64,000 bases of DNA from Nemertoderma westbladi (Eukaryota; Animalia; Xenacoelomorpha), in assembly GCA_032718475.1 (NCBI GenBank), contig JAUCBJ010008128.1, positions 3,131-67,130 of the forward strand. The letters run 5' to 3'. A model generated the notes under the pieces. The model ran no database searches. It worked only from the letters and a program-made list of their open reading frames with translations, and had not been told where the DNA came from. A program made the translations under genes and the position numbers. Below are positions 36,625 to 49,588 of the stretch, in pieces (position 1 is the stretch's first letter; every line of letters starts with the position of its first letter).

Positions 36625-37815
36625 TGTAAAAGCTTTTGCGGATATACTCAGTCCCCCTCGCCCGCAAGGTACCGTTATAGGTGTTTTAACGGACATAAAA
36701 GTCATTCTTCTATATGTGTGCTTTGGTGGACATGGTAAGGCAAAAAACCCGCAATGCGTCAAATACCCTGGCACAGCTTAGCCTTGATGATTCAGATTAC
36801 GACATCTAACAGCTGGTTGCTGACATGGAAACGGCCATTGGACACATGGTTCTTTGTTTAGCTTAACAGCCAATCAGAGCGATTTTTTCTGTCGATGTGG
36901 AGATATTTGGCAGATCATGCTAGGAGTGTTCAGTCTTACTGTTTTTTCTTGATACTGTTGTGTTGTTTCTATCTAGGCCAGGAACACCGGCTCTAGAGTC
37001 AATTCGTTTCAGACTTTAGAAGAAACATTAGTAGGCTTAAGATTATAGAGCGTATAACTGTTATCATAACACAACTCACATAACATATCACATAACTTGT
37101 CATATCATATCTTAACCTACCATCTTAATGCTTTTTACTGTTGTCATATTTTGTATCAGTTGGTTGAATATTATTTGGAGAACATTTATAAAGAACCCAA
37201 ATTTCCCAATTTTCTTGATACACTACAGGTTAGAGAGACAGGTTACATATAGCGATTGCGACTTATATTATTGTGGTTTGTAGTGAATTTAATGCTATTT
37301 GATAAGCACTACATGAGTCAGTTGCTGTTCTCTTTATATATGATAAAATTCATTGACGGTCGGCAAATTAGTGAGTATTGTGTGTTACCGGTAGTGTGCA
37401 TGATTGTGACTGATAACTAAGCATTTCCTAAAGAATGCGCCTCATACGTGAATCATAAGCCTTACCGACTTACCGTTGTGATTGGTATAAGTCATATCTC
37501 TGTTTACCTAGATAGAGCGCTACGTCCTAAAGGAACTGTTAATATTTCCCGAAAGTGAATAATATTGGTCAGAAATTATTTATTAGCGATCAATCGAATA
37601 ATACAGTAAGCTTACACTGCAATAATAATCTAAGCCCTCAGAATCCAGTCTCCCGGGTATATCCAGCGGGTGAATGGACGCGCACTAGGCTGGCTTCTGC
37701 TAATGTTGTGTTTATTGGTATTAGATACTTGTCATTTTCTAAAGTCTATTTATAAACCAAAAGACATATAAATTTTGGCAGGTTAAACTGCTAAAGGTCT
37801 TCAAAAGCGCGTACA
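36625..37815 (+). repeat. 5' LTR of element C (1191 bp)
   Basis: TGTAAAAGCTTTTGC start and AAAGCGCGTACA end match the termini of the B LTR. Confidence 0.88.
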
Positions 37816-37876
37816 ATAACAGTTCTGTCTTTATTGCAGTAAGCAATAAAGTTGAAAGTACTGGTCGACCGGTAAA

Positions 37877-38120
37877 CCAGAACCGGTACTGCTGTAGGTC
37901 CGTAGGCCCAACTGCCAGAATCGGTACTGCTGTAGGTCAGTAGGCCCAACTGCCAGAACCGGTACTGCTGTAGGTCCGTAGGCCCAACTGCCAGAACCGG
38001 TACTGCTGTAGGTCCGTAGGCCTAACTGCCAGAACCGGTACTGCTGTAGGTCCGTAGGCCTAACTGCCAGAACCGGTACTGCTGTAGGTCTGTAGGCCCA
38101 ACTGTCCTAACCGGTACTTC
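37877..38120 (+). repeat. 38-bp tandem repeat, ~6 copies, in the leader of C
   Basis: ccagaaccggtactgctgtaggtccgtaggcccaactg at 37877, 37915, 37953 and onward. Confidence 0.95.
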
Positions 38121-39502
38121 CAGTACAAGTACATTAGTATTATTTCGATTGTGATCTATAGTATATTGTAGGCTGCCAGGGGAATAGGGATTGATCACCC
38201 CTCATTCTTTTGTATAGTTTACTTATTTCTGTCAGTTTTATTTCCTAGTAAGTTAATATTGAGCAGAAGGCGTGTAACCCTGCTCAGATTGTTCAGATAA
38301 TTGTAGGCTGGACTGTTGTCTGACCGTTGTTGAGTCTGGAGAGATTGCGGCGTGTGTGGAGTTTGTCCGATAAAGTGCCAGTTAGTAAGTTGGGGCAGCC
38401 ATAGCTGTAAGGTCAATCCCCTCTTAAAGAATAAGTCGTACTACCGTGTTAGAACGCATACTAACTAACCATTTTGGAATCTGCACATACTGTAGTTTAT
38501 TTAGGCTTGACAGTATTCTGCCAGCGTTTTGGCCTGTGTTTGTTTGTGTGGTCTGTTCAGGTACCGTAATAGTTATTACTCAGATATTTTGTAGGCTGGA
38601 TTGTTGTCTAGCTATTATTAGGTCTGAAGAGATTGCTGCATGTGTAGAGTTTGTCTGATAAAGTGCCAGTTAGTAAGTTGGGGCAGCCAGAGCTGTAAGG
38701 TCAATCCCCTCTTAAAGAATAAGTCGTGCTACCGTGTTAGAACGCATACTAACTAACCATTTTGGAAACTGCACATACTGTAGTTTATTTAGGCTTGATG
38801 GTAGTCTGCCAGCGTTTGGTTTGTATTTTGTTTGAGTATTCTGTACGGGTAGCGTAATATTTATTATTCAGAGTTTATGCGATTATTCGCAACATTCATG
38901 TCCCCAAGTTTATTCCTACAGTAATTGTGCTTGTTACACATACCGTTATAGTTAAATTAACCCCGGTACTACACGGGCTGCTTGGCGTAGGTAAAGACTG
39001 GTGACTTTGTGCTCCGGTCACTCCAGCAGATGCCGTGGTTCTTTAGCTGTTCAAGTATTTTTAACTACTGATTATTTGTTGTACCAGTACTTGTACCTAA
39101 TTTAGGGTTTAGTGTACAGTGCTTTCCGAAGGTAATTAGTGTGTAGGCAGTATATTTGTGTTGTAAAGTGGTTAATAGGCACGTTGGTTCTGGTAGACCG
39201 CGGTAATTAACTTCTAGGTAGGGACACTCCGTGATACATAACGTAGTACCTATAGCGATACGGTTATAGGTCGTCAGGCGGTGGTATTTTCCTATCTGGA
39301 CAACACAGTGTATTTACTACTACTTATTATTTTCAAATACCGTAGTATCCTGTCCGTTTGTAATAACCAGAATTTCTAGCCCTCTGTTAGACTGGTTTGT
39401 AGTTCCCTGTAAAATTACCCTAAAATTTCGTACGTAATATTTTTGTTGTGTTTAATTAGAGATTTAATCTCACCCGTATCGTAAGTAATTCGTAGATAAG
39501 TA

Positions 39503-40536
39503 GATAGATAGATAGATTTATTTATACATTATGTAAAAACAATAACAAATACACCAAACAATGTACCGGTATAAAGGTATTGTCCAACATAACATATAGG
39601 ATTACCCCTAAAGCTTTGCAGCTTATTTCCAAGGGGGTCCTTTATGTTACTTGGTTACAAATACAATATTACACTACGCTAACCTAAAACCAATATAAAA
39701 CGTAATTACACTATGTACATGTACAACTTTACCGAGAGCGTGACAATGCCCGACTCAACGATAAAGATGTAATGTACAGAACAATTTATTATAAAACGTA
39801 ATTACAGTATAAATAGTAAATAATTAATAAACTAATAACTTACTGTAGGACTATTGTACCTATTTTTACATTGCACACGGAGATGAGATTTAACTGCAGA
39901 TTTAAAAGAATGTTGATTATTTAGGTTTTTAATTTCATTAGGCAGAGCGTTCCAATTTTTTATGCCGTTAAAAAAGAAAGTATCAGATTCAAAGGATTTA
40001 CAATTCGGGAGGTAGAAGTTTGAAGCACTAGCTCTGGTACTATAAGAGTGTGTATCGCGTACTCTGTTGAATTTTTGTTTTAGGTAATTGGGACATTTAC
40101 CATTATACACTTTATGCACATGGTTAAGGCGTAGCTGCTTAACTCTACTATCTAAGTTAAGTAGTCCAGATTCAGAAAAGTCATCTGGAGTTAGGTGGTG
40201 CCTAGGTTTGTAGTCTTTAATAAATCGTACTACTTTATTCTGAGCTACTTGTAATTTACATTTAAGCTGTTTGGTTAAGCCTTCATACCAAGAAGAGCAC
40301 GCATAGTCCATGTGACACTGTATTAAAGAAGAGCAAAGTAACTTGCGGGAGTCGGTGTTCAAACTATTTTTATTTCTGTATAGAAACCTTAGCCTACTGT
40401 TAACTTTCGAGAAAATATTTTTCACTGTACTTTCTCCTGATAAGCAGTTATCCAATGTGGCGCCTAAATATTTAACTTCCTTTTTATTTTCAATCTTATG
40501 TCCATTACTAGTGACTTCAAACTTAGTTACCTTCTT
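39503..40536 (-). mobile_element. 5'-truncated CR1/L2-group LINE (ORF 39832-40455) with (ATCT)n tail, TSD TAAGTA, inserted in C
   Basis: VKYLG, SRLRFLYR, SSLIQCHMDYACSSW, LQVAQNKVVR, WNALP; TAAGTA at 39497-39502 and 40537-40542; site uninterrupted in B. Confidence 0.87.
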
Positions 40537-41227
40537 TAAGTAACTTAGGAAGTAGGATTATTTGTTTTAGTGTCCAATAAGTAGTACTTCACTGAGAGCG
40601 TACAGCTTCGGTGTAGGGACTCCTTCCCAGAAATAATAACATCTATTTCAATATTGTAACAAAACCCCTCATACGGGTACATATAAATCCACTAAATCTA
40701 TTAATAAAATAGTAGGCCTGTTATACAACACTTAGGTCTTAATATCAGTTGGACTACTGCTTAAATAACGGTAATAAAGTAAGTTAAAGTAACCAAGTAA
40801 CCCTAAAATATTCAGAAATTCAATTATTCTAAAATAATTGACATACCGGTATTTACCATAGGCTTATTACCTTTATTTCTATAAATTTGGGCTGAAATCA
40901 TACCGGTATTCTGTAATTAATTCTAGTTCATAATTATACTTATATATACTATAAGTGTAAGCTGCATACCGGTATTCACGATAGGCCTATTATATATTTA
41001 TATATATTTGTGCTAAAATTATATACCGGTACTCTGTGACAAATCTAGTCTGTAATAATACTTATATATATACTATAAGCATACCGGTATTCTAATATAT
41101 TATATATATATCACGCTACACTGAGTAGCAGTATCGGTAATTAATTATTAGGCTAACAGTGATACTGAATTACTAGACTTGTTTTAACTGTATTTATAGC
41201 CGTAGGCATTCAACTGTGTAAACAAAC

Positions 41228-43141
41228 ATGTCAGACACAACCCAATCACTGTCGGATAGTCTCTTAGAAAGTGTTAGAATGACTGTTAGACAGTGTCTTA
41301 AAAAGATCAATGACCCAGATCCAAGTCTAGAACATCCTAGATCCAAGTCTAAGTCACCTACTATTGTAAAAAAGGCCATCCCTACTGTAGTAGTGTCAGA
41401 CCCTAGGCTAGTAGAACAACGTAGGTCTATCATCGGCACTCGGGCCCAAGTCAAGCGGGATCAAGAAGCAGCTGTCAAACAGCAGCAACATCCTAGCCAA
41501 GAACCTAGTTCTCAGCGGCCCGATAGCTCCAGTAGTTCGGATACTCCTGAGCGGACGCCCGAACGCGGAGCGAAGATGGCGGATACGGTTTATGATGAGT
41601 GGCCAACCTTTGAAGAATCAACCGACGCCACTTCTTCTCAAGTGGAAAGCGAAGTGGAAAGCGAATTAACAGCAGCAGAGAAGCCGCGAACTAGAGACGC
41701 CATTGACATCTATCTGTCAGACTATCAGCGATTCCTAGGAGACGAAGAGTTGAGGAGACGACTGTCTGGACTTCGCCCTAATAGTGAAGGAACCAAGCTT
41801 GTGTTGGACGCAATCGATGCGGAAATGTTAGCTGCGAACCAAGCTAAATTTGATGAACGACTCCGCCTCGTTAGAGTCCAAGAAGAACAAATAAAGAAAA
41901 AACAGATAGAGGACCGAAAGGCAGCAGCAGTAACGGCGGCAGAAGCAGAAGCAGAAAGAAAGGCAGTGGCGGCAGAAGCAGAATCAAAAAGAAAAGCAAC
42001 GGCGGCAGAGGCAGAAGCAAAAAGAAAAGCAGCGGTGGCAGAAGCAGAACGGAGAGCGTCTGAGGAGACGACCCAACTAGAGTTGGAAAATCTGCAAGAG
42101 ACGCAAGACAACATAAATAAACAGTTAACTGCTAGTCACATGCAGATGATGAGTCGATTTACTCCCAAACGCCAAGAATACACATCATCGGAAGAAGGCG
42201 AGACCACCGATCCTGAAGGCGGAGGAAATAGATCTCGTCTAAGCAGGCTTAGAAAAACATCTCACCATCACAAATTGCCTGATTTGCCCCCAGCGGTTAG
42301 AAGACAACTAGCTAGCACAGACTTAGGTAGTACAGAACCTACAGAACAAATTATTCAGGTCAAAAGACTCCCTACAATAGTTGATGAGCCTGAAATAATT
42401 AGGCCTGTCGTTCCCAAAGCCACTCCTGTGCTAGAGACCCCTGTACTTCCAGAGCTTAACTCTAAATTCCCTCTACACAGTACTACACTGCCTGTACCCG
42501 GTAGAACAGTCCATGAGAATATCCCTGTCCTGGAAGCTGAGAGAGAAATCAAAGATTTGTCTCCCGTCGTCCCGCGTCAGCCCGCTACAATGTTGGCGAC
42601 TCCCGCTTCGGCGGTCGAGTGGGTAGAGGAGGGACGGCGGGGGATGAATCTCCTGCTCGGACAGATGCAGGAGACTGTCCACCAACTTAAGGGAACAGTA
42701 AGGGAAGGTAGGGCCGAATTGCAAGAAGTGCAGCAAAGTATCGCTCTAGAACGCGACAAATTAGTCAATATACAAAAAGCGATACCAATACCCCCTGTAA
42801 CATTGTGTCAACCTGTTAGGTCTGAAGTATTACATGCACAAGGTGTGGAGCCTACACGCATCTATACTGCTAGTGAAGTAGAAACTCCTATAGCAAACCC
42901 TATTGAGGGTGATTATAAACCTGTTGTTAATGATATTCCCTATAGACCTGATAATAATCCGAGAAATTTATATACCGATAATTCGATATTAAATAACACG
43001 ATGGCCCAAGAAAGCTTTACGCGTCAGATGGCTAGAACAGAAGCCCGCCAAGCGGTCAAAGTGGGAGAAATCGTCAAATTCAATGGAGATGAGATGAGAT
43101 TCAATGCAGATAGGCTGATAAGGGGGGGGGGGGGGGGGTAA
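41228..43141 (+). pseudogene. gag: Element C Gag N-terminal part (truncated at ~43098; lacks ~185 aa present in B)
   Basis: High similarity to the 6365-11278 protein (DAIDIYLSDYQRFLGD, QESFTRQMARTEARQAVKVGEIVKFNGDEM). Confidence 0.92.
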
Positions 43142-43775
43142 CTTCGAATAAAAGTTTACCCCTCTCCTGCCAGGTGAAATTCGATGCAAATTACATTACA
43201 AATTACACAAATTACATCAAAAATAAATCTCGGTTGGTTAGTTTTCCAAGCGGCGTCAAGAAGAGTTAACTGGTTAATAGGTAGGTACTGCACTGCTGGC
43301 GCATCCTGGGGCTCGGCTGGCAGCTGGCGGACACCGGCTGTCACTCATCCTGGACCTGTCCTGCATTGTTTATTTGACATAAGGTAGCGGCAGCCACACT
43401 CTTTAAATCGGCAGTGATTTTTTATGTCCTTTTATTTGACTTTTTTGTCATTTTTTTTTTACGAATTATGCATAATGACTTTTGTTGTCCATTTAATGAC
43501 TTTTATTTTTCTTTTAATGACTTTTTATGTATGTATTTCTTCAAACTGTCAGACTGCTGATTTCTGGACTGTCAGACAGTTGATTTCACTATGCCTGTCT
43601 GCCTGTGCCAAAACATTCCATGATTCCATGATTTATAGACTATGAGATAGATTTCCATATGCGCCTGTGGTAAAAAGACTCTATATTTAATAGTTTGTGG
43701 TTGTTGTCGATAATCGATTACCACATGACGTAGCAAAACACTCATTTTATAGCCAAAAACAATTACCAATTGATG

Positions 43776-44272
43776 GAAAGGAGCAGGTTAAGGCCGAGTT
43801 TTCTAACCAAAACAATAAACAGTCACTTTACCAAATCAGGGAAAGGAGCAGGTTACAGAGACGGGATTTTCTAACCAAAACAATAAACGATCACTTAACT
43901 AATTGAGGGAAAGGAGCAGGTTACAGAGGCGGGATTTTCTAACCAAAACAATAAACGATCACTTAACTTATTGAGGGAAAGGAGCAGGTTACAGAGGCGG
44001 GATTTTCTAACCAAAACAATAAACGATCATTTAACTAATTGAGGGAAAGGGACAGGTTACAGAGGCGGAATTTTCTAACCAAAACAATAAACGATCACTT
44101 AACTTATTGAGGAAAAGGAGCAGGTTACAGAGGCTGGATTTTCTAACCAAAACAATAAACGATCATTTAACTAATTGAGGGAAAGGGACAGGTTACAGAG
44201 GCGGAATTTTCTAACCAAAACAATAAACGATCACTTAACTAATTGAGGGAAAGGATCAGGTTACAGAGACGA
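43776..44272 (+). repeat. 68-bp tandem array, ~7 copies
   Basis: ttttctaaccaaaacaataaac at 43867, 43935, 44003, 44071, 44139, 44207. Confidence 0.96.
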
Positions 44273-44889
44273 TAAAACTAATACAGTAATAGGCCTAAAT
44301 TATGTGAAAGGTATATCCACATTTTAAAAATCCTGCAATCCAGTTTGGCCTATCAATTATTTAAAATTTATTAGCACAACCGGTATGCCTACCTGCTACC
44401 ATTACCGTATTTAAATGGTAGGCTACACAGTAGGCCTATAGCAGTACCGGTGCCGGTACCGGTATTAAAATACAGAAATACCTGCTTTATACCTAAATCT
44501 GTACATACAATACAGCAAAATAGTGCTATATATACTAATACCGGTACTGATAGCCTGAGAGAACAGCAGTAGAGAAACCGGTAGCATGGAACCTAACATT
44601 AGACTTTTGGAGGACATAAAAAATAAAAAAAAAGGACAAAAAAAGGATTTAAACGGACAATAAAATTATGCGCTTTAAATCACTTAGCTTTAAGAAGGCC
44701 TACCTGTTTTCAGTCTGCATGCGTGTTGTGCACTTCTTACTGGTCCGCAATGCCTAATCTAATATCACATATGGATTATTCTCCATAGGAATACATTACA
44801 TACGCACATACGCGTATGTGCATACGGATACGGCAAATGCATACGGATACGGATACGGCGAAAAGTTAAACCCGTTATTATTGAGTTTC

Positions 44890-45733
44890 GTTTATTTTTT
44901 GGTTATAATAACGTGTCACTGTAACCTGCTTCTTTCACTAAATCTATATTTTTACATTGAGGCGGGATACGGTTAATTCACCAAGATGGGATTTGAAAAG
45001 ATTACGGTAAAGCAAAAAAAAAGGGGGGGGGGGCTTTTTTTGCTTTACCGTAATCTTTTTCGCTAGATTTGAATGGATTACAGGCTACAGTATAAGTAAG
45101 AAGGCCTTGGCTTACACATGCAACTTTTGTTACGGCAACAAGGTTCTTTGTATCGAGTTTATCAGAACAGTCTAAATTGTTTTGGTTTTGTGTTTGTATT
45201 ACAGTATTAGATGGTTGTCCGTTACAGTCTTAATTATTTAGGAAATATTTTTTTTGAATAATATTTACTTTGAAATTCGGTCCATCAATATTATCCATAC
45301 GGTACATTTTTCTATTAGTAATTGGAGTTCGAGCTAATGTGTATATTTTTTTATATATTTTTTTATTTTTTTATCTAGATCAATATGTATCCAATTCCCC
45401 ATATAAAGATTCGACAACATACACTATTGATCTACCGGAAGATGGTCATCAAGAGTCCGTTACATTAGAACCCTTAGATTATCTGAGTAACAGCTACAAC
45501 AACGTGTTTGAGATTCACTGCCCACCACAGCGCGATAACCTTAACAATAATTGTAATAGAGGTGAGTTAAGTTTTAAACCTGCATTACATTTCTGGGATG
45601 AGAGTGGGGGGACTCGACCACTGGACGCTCATCCCAATCTCGGTTAATTAATATCCCGTCTCAATGTTAAATTCTAAATTTAGGGAAAGGATCAGGTTAC
45701 AGTGGCACATTATTTTAACCAAAACAATAAACT
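44890..45733. repeat. Imperfect ~100-bp inverted repeat pair (44890-44992 / 45630-45733) related to the 68-bp array unit
   Basis: gtttatttt..ggttataataacgtgtcactgtaacctgcttctttcactaaa versus tttagggaaaggatcaggttacagtggcacattattttaaccaaaacaataaac. Confidence 0.8.
44996..45059. other. Perfect hairpin, ~25-bp stem with poly-G loop
   Basis: aaaagattacggtaaagcaaaaaaa...tttttttgctttaccgtaatctttt. Confidence 0.9.
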
Positions 45734-46387
45734 AAATACATTAGAACAGGTTAGTACGATTAGGTTAGTAGGTTAGAACAGTCCCAACCCCCCCCCCCCC
45801 CCCCCCTATCTGGCCTTTCGAATGCGAATTTCATTATTTGATTATTGTTAAACCTGAAATAAACCTTTTAAACTTGTTATCCAATTATTATTTACATAAA
45901 TAAATTGTATTTCTGAACAACTTTTACAATATTATTTGCATAAGCCTTCTGTTTGTAAAAGTAGCACTAGGGGGCGTTCACAATGGACTACTAGCAAACA
46001 CCGGTACCACATTTACTGTATAAATATTTAGGTGGTAGGGTGGTGGTGGGGGTTCTGTCTATACCGTAGTTTATCTATCTATAGTAAAGTATACAAGGTG
46101 TCTTATTTATTTTATTTAAAGTAACCGAATTAGACGATCTGGAGGACATAATTGAAGAAGATGAAGATAATGATGAAAATTCCGCCGAAGCCGATTATTC
46201 TACCGATGGCGATAATTCCACAGATACCGGAAGTGATAATTCCGCCGATGAAGATAATTACGGAAAACAAGGAGGTAGGCCTATATATCAATAAATATTT
46301 ACTTAAATAGTTATAAACTTAAACTTGTTTTTTACCACTATTTCGCTTTATCTTTTATTAAAGAAATAAGCTACAAAAAAGTACAAA

Positions 46388-46423
<36 letters not shown>

Positions 46424-47647
46424 ACACCATTTTCGGACAACTCTTCGATTTATCACTCTTAGCGTTTCACAATTGTTTGGTTTTGACTAAAATTTTGAAT
46501 ATAGGTGCCTAAGATGCTATTCTACATGATAGGTCAGAAAAAAATATTTTTTCGCTATTTAATATTATTTAATACTAGTTAACAATAAAAATAACTTGGT
46601 TGCGCTTAAAACCCTAAGGCTTTTACAGTTTTGAATCTAATCACATGAAAGTTTTTTTATATGATAGATCAAAGATGGGGCAACATAACTATCAGGCGAA
46701 ATTTTGTGAAAATAGTAATTTCAAAAGGATTCCCTAAATGGAAATTTACATAACTTGAAAACTAAAAGAGCTATTAAATAGCGGTTTTCAGATTTGGAAA
46801 CACCATTCAATGGTGCATTATAATATATCATAAAAAAATTCCGACATATTTTGGACCAAAATGGTGTACCCCCCCTTAAGAATAAAATTTCGTATTACAT
46901 GGGAAAAAAACGTAGAACATTTTTTTCAATAATATTCTCTCGACCCTTTATAAACCCTTTCTGGCACTCGGTAAATAAAATGCATCGAGAATAATGAAAA
47001 AAGATCTACTTTTTCCCCAACTAATAAATAATCAGTAAAATCAGTAAATCAGTAAATATTTTGGAGCGCAGGACAATTCGGTCCGGACAATTCGGTCCCG
47101 GATAATCGGACAATTCAGTCTCGGACAATTCAGTCCCATTAATTTTGTATTTTGGGACCGAATTGTCCGGGACCGAATTTAATTGGTACTACTGTACTAT
47201 AGGCCTATAATGGTGAATGTTCTAGAACCTTAATAGATATTATTATATGGTAGCTAGTGTTTTTTTTGAAAATAAAAAAATTTCACTTTTTTTGTTAACA
47301 TTATTATTTATGGTAGCTATTATGGTGTTTTTATGGAGGTTGTGAATTATTTACTAGCTAGTCTAGTAATAGTATGTATTTAAAATGTTTAAAACTGATT
47401 TCTTTGTGTGTGTTATGAACTGTATGTGTTGTTGGTTGGTTAACAAGCCTAAATTATTATCCTAAATAATTTAATCCAAAATTGCAACCCCGATCCCGAA
47501 AACGGGAACCCGGATTTCCTCTACATTTTGAATTTTTTTACATTTTCTACATCTTTCTACATTTTGGTGCAGACTTAGTACCTACAGTAGTGAGACAATT
47601 TTGTAATGAAACTCATAAAACCGCTGAATATTTTACTCCATTGTCTG
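45379..47647 (+). CDS. Three candidate upstream exons of the recombinase gene (45379-45561, 46122-46274, 47573-47647)
   Basis: Each has a T-rich tract + AG, an open frame, a GT donor, phase 1-1 and a length divisible by 3 (183/153/75). Exon 2 is D/E-rich; the third donor (GTTGCC) is weak. Confidence 0.55.
46392..46875. mobile_element. MITE with GGGGGGTACACCATTTT TIRs, TTAA-like flanks (Kolobok-like), in a putative intron
   Basis: ttta|ggg...gtacaccattttcggac and ggaccaaaatggtgtacccccc|ttaa. Confidence 0.75.
46894..47025. repeat. Imperfect palindromic element (~45-bp arms)
   Basis: attacatgggaaaaaaacgtagaacatttttttcaataatattctctcga versus tcgagaataatgaaaaaagatctactttttccccaactaat. Confidence 0.55.
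47070..47180. repeat. Small foldback of GGACAATTCGGTCCC motifs (4 direct, 2 inverted); DNA-transposon subterminal relic
   Basis: ggacaattcggtcc x4 followed by gggaccgaattgtccgggaccgaatt. Confidence 0.75.
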
Positions 47648-47713
47648 GTTGCCCCCCCCCCCCCTCTCCCATTCTCCCACACTTGTCAATACCGTGTCAT
47701 TAAATTTTTTTAG

Positions 47714-49588
47714 GTGGAAATAGTAAAGAATGCGAATGTACCACCGAGAATATGGACAACAAAATGTAAACGTAAACGTAATAAATTCCAATGTTCCCTA
47801 TGTAAAAGAAAAATGCAGGACCTTCCCAGACACCTACGTTTAACTCATAATATCATTGCAAAGAACACTGTTAATTATCAAGTCGCTGTATCCCGATTGA
47901 TGTCTTCTAGTAAAAAAATTAAGCGCCGGGTTTCTAAATGTGCCGTGGCAGGTTGCAACGCATATGTTAGGCGCTTAGCTTCCCACTTAACCCGACAGCA
48001 CGGATTACCTCGGTATCTAGATGGGTTAACGACTTCACCCAAAAAAAACCCAGAACGCTTAAAATATCTGAGACACCCCGACAGATATAATTTCCCCGTG
48101 ATGAAATGTCCGGTCAAGGTTGAGAAAGATATACCATTGCTTAATCAATTCCAAGACTTTCTGTGCTGCCCAATCTCACCTGTGCGTCAAAGTAATTTGC
48201 GTATGATGACGTTATTGTCTGTCAAGAAGTTTTTCACTTTGATGTGGGATGCGAAACCTATCTCCTCAGATAAATTACGTATAACAGAAATGTTTGATAC
48301 CGTCTATATATTCAAGGCCTACGAAGCCCTTACGAAAGAAATAGTACGAGGAGGTAAAATTCGACAACCTACTACTATCCACGCTTATTTGCAGCGAATG
48401 TTAATATTCTACGACTTTGCCCTTGTTGACCCCAAAATGAAGTGTTTGATCGATCGCGCTGATATTCATGCAGCGGCAGCATGTATAAATCAGATAATGA
48501 AACACTGTAAACCAGATGTAAAGAAGCGGTTATTTGCAGTCCAAAAAGAAGCGTGTGAGAAAATGCCAGACGCTGAAGAATTGCTTAGTTATCAAAAGGC
48601 ACCATTTGCTTGTGACATTAAACGCGCTATAAAGCAATTACAAGATGGAAACTGGGATGATAATATTAAATTGTGGCATATGCAGTCCTTTTTAATGTCA
48701 GTGATTGTTTACTGCAACGGATCCAGAGCCACAGCAGCCACAAATATGACTCTGAACGAATTTAGCAAAGCCACACCTTTAGATAATGATCCTGAAAAAT
48801 TAACTATAACTGTTGACAGTCACAAAACTTGTAAATATATCGGTCCACAATACGTTGTAGTAAGCACAGAAATATTCAATCTTTTGAATCTCTGGGTAGA
48901 ATGTGGCAGAGCGTTGTATTCCTTTCCATGCCAGTTGGAAAACGTATTTCTTTCCCAGAGCGGAGCGTGTTATATAAGTGTCACTCAACGACTACAATCT
49001 CTATGGAAATTAATTTTTCCACATTCTCATGCCAAAGCTGGTGCCACATCACTGCGGCATTCTGTTAGTTATTGTAATCAGCGGTTCCCTGGTACTGAAG
49101 ACAGTATAGAAAACGTATGTAAATCTATGGCACATTCACGACATACGCAAAAGAAAACCTATGACGCTGTTCTACGTCCCAGCAACGCCGGTCAAGCCTA
49201 TAGACGTATTTTATGTGCTGCGCAATATGTTGCTGCGGACAAAGTTTCTCATGGGGATTATAATACCGAACGTCAATATCGCAATGGACCTGGGGATGAT
49301 AATAGTGAACTTCAATATCGCAATGAACCTGGGGATGATAATAGTGAACGTGACAATCAGGTTAAAATTTGGTCCGGTAAAAGGCGCAAGGTCTCTTGGA
49401 CTGTGCAGGAGAACTGCACTCTGCGAGCCTTTTTCTCTGAAGAACTTAATGGCCGCCGAATAAACAGTGCAAAACGAGAGGAAGTCGCCCGTTTAATACC
49501 CACTAAGACTTTGCCTGAAATAATGCGCCGGATTATGGTAATGAAAAGACAATTAAAAAATAATCCGGAACGGTTTACTTGTAATTAG
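47714..49588 (+). CDS. Tyrosine recombinase-family protein with two N-terminal C2H2-like zinc fingers and a C-terminal Myb/SANT-like domain (Crypton-like/unclassified YR element); main exon
   Basis: CSLC..HLRLTH and CAVAGC..HLTRQH; catalytic pattern R (CNGSRATA), K (DSHKT), TSLR, H (MAHS), Y (KKTYD) in the right order; WTVQEN...RLIPTKTLPEIMRRI; preceded by a tttttttTAG acceptor. Confidence 0.85.
   Translation: MEIVKNANVPPRIWTTKCKRKRNKFQCSLCKRKMQDLPRHLRLTHNIIAKNTVNYQVAVSRLMSSSKKIKRRVSKCAVAGCNAYVRRLASHLTRQHGLPRYLDGLTTSPKKNPERLKYLRHPDRYNFPVMKCPVKVEKDIPLLNQFQDFLCCPISPVRQSNLRMMTLLSVKKFFTLMWDAKPISSDKLRITEMFDTVYIFKAYEALTKEIVRGGKIRQPTTIHAYLQRMLIFYDFALVDPKMKCLIDRADIHAAAACINQIMKHCKPDVKKRLFAVQKEACEKMPDAEELLSYQKAPFACDIKRAIKQLQDGNWDDNIKLWHMQSFLMSVIVYCNGSRATAATNMTLNEFSKATPLDNDPEKLTITVDSHKTCKYIGPQYVVVSTEIFNLLNLWVECGRALYSFPCQLENVFLSQSGACYISVTQRLQSLWKLIFPHSHAKAGATSLRHSVSYCNQRFPGTEDSIENVCKSMAHSRHTQKKTYDAVLRPSNAGQAYRRILCAAQYVAADKVSHGDYNTERQYRNGPGDDNSELQYRNEPGDDNSERDNQVKIWSGKRRKVSWTVQENCTLRAFFSEELNGRRINSAKREEVARLIPTKTLPEIMRRIMVMKRQLKNNPERFTCN
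49253..49351 (+). repeat. 39-bp coding repeat, 2.5 copies (GDDNSELQYRNEP), linker between YR and Myb-like domains
   Basis: ggggat(t/g)ataata..gaac.tcaatatcgcaatg.acct repeated. Confidence 0.85.

Larger units (their letters stand above)
36625..43098 (+). mobile_element. BEL/Pao element C, diverged relative of B, truncated within gag
   Basis: LTR, leader and Gag are collinear with the reverse complement of B; similarity stops at KFNGDEM. Confidence 0.92.

Noticed and set aside
43776-44272. CRISPR array
   Set aside because: Whole 68-bp units are repeated; there are no variable spacers.
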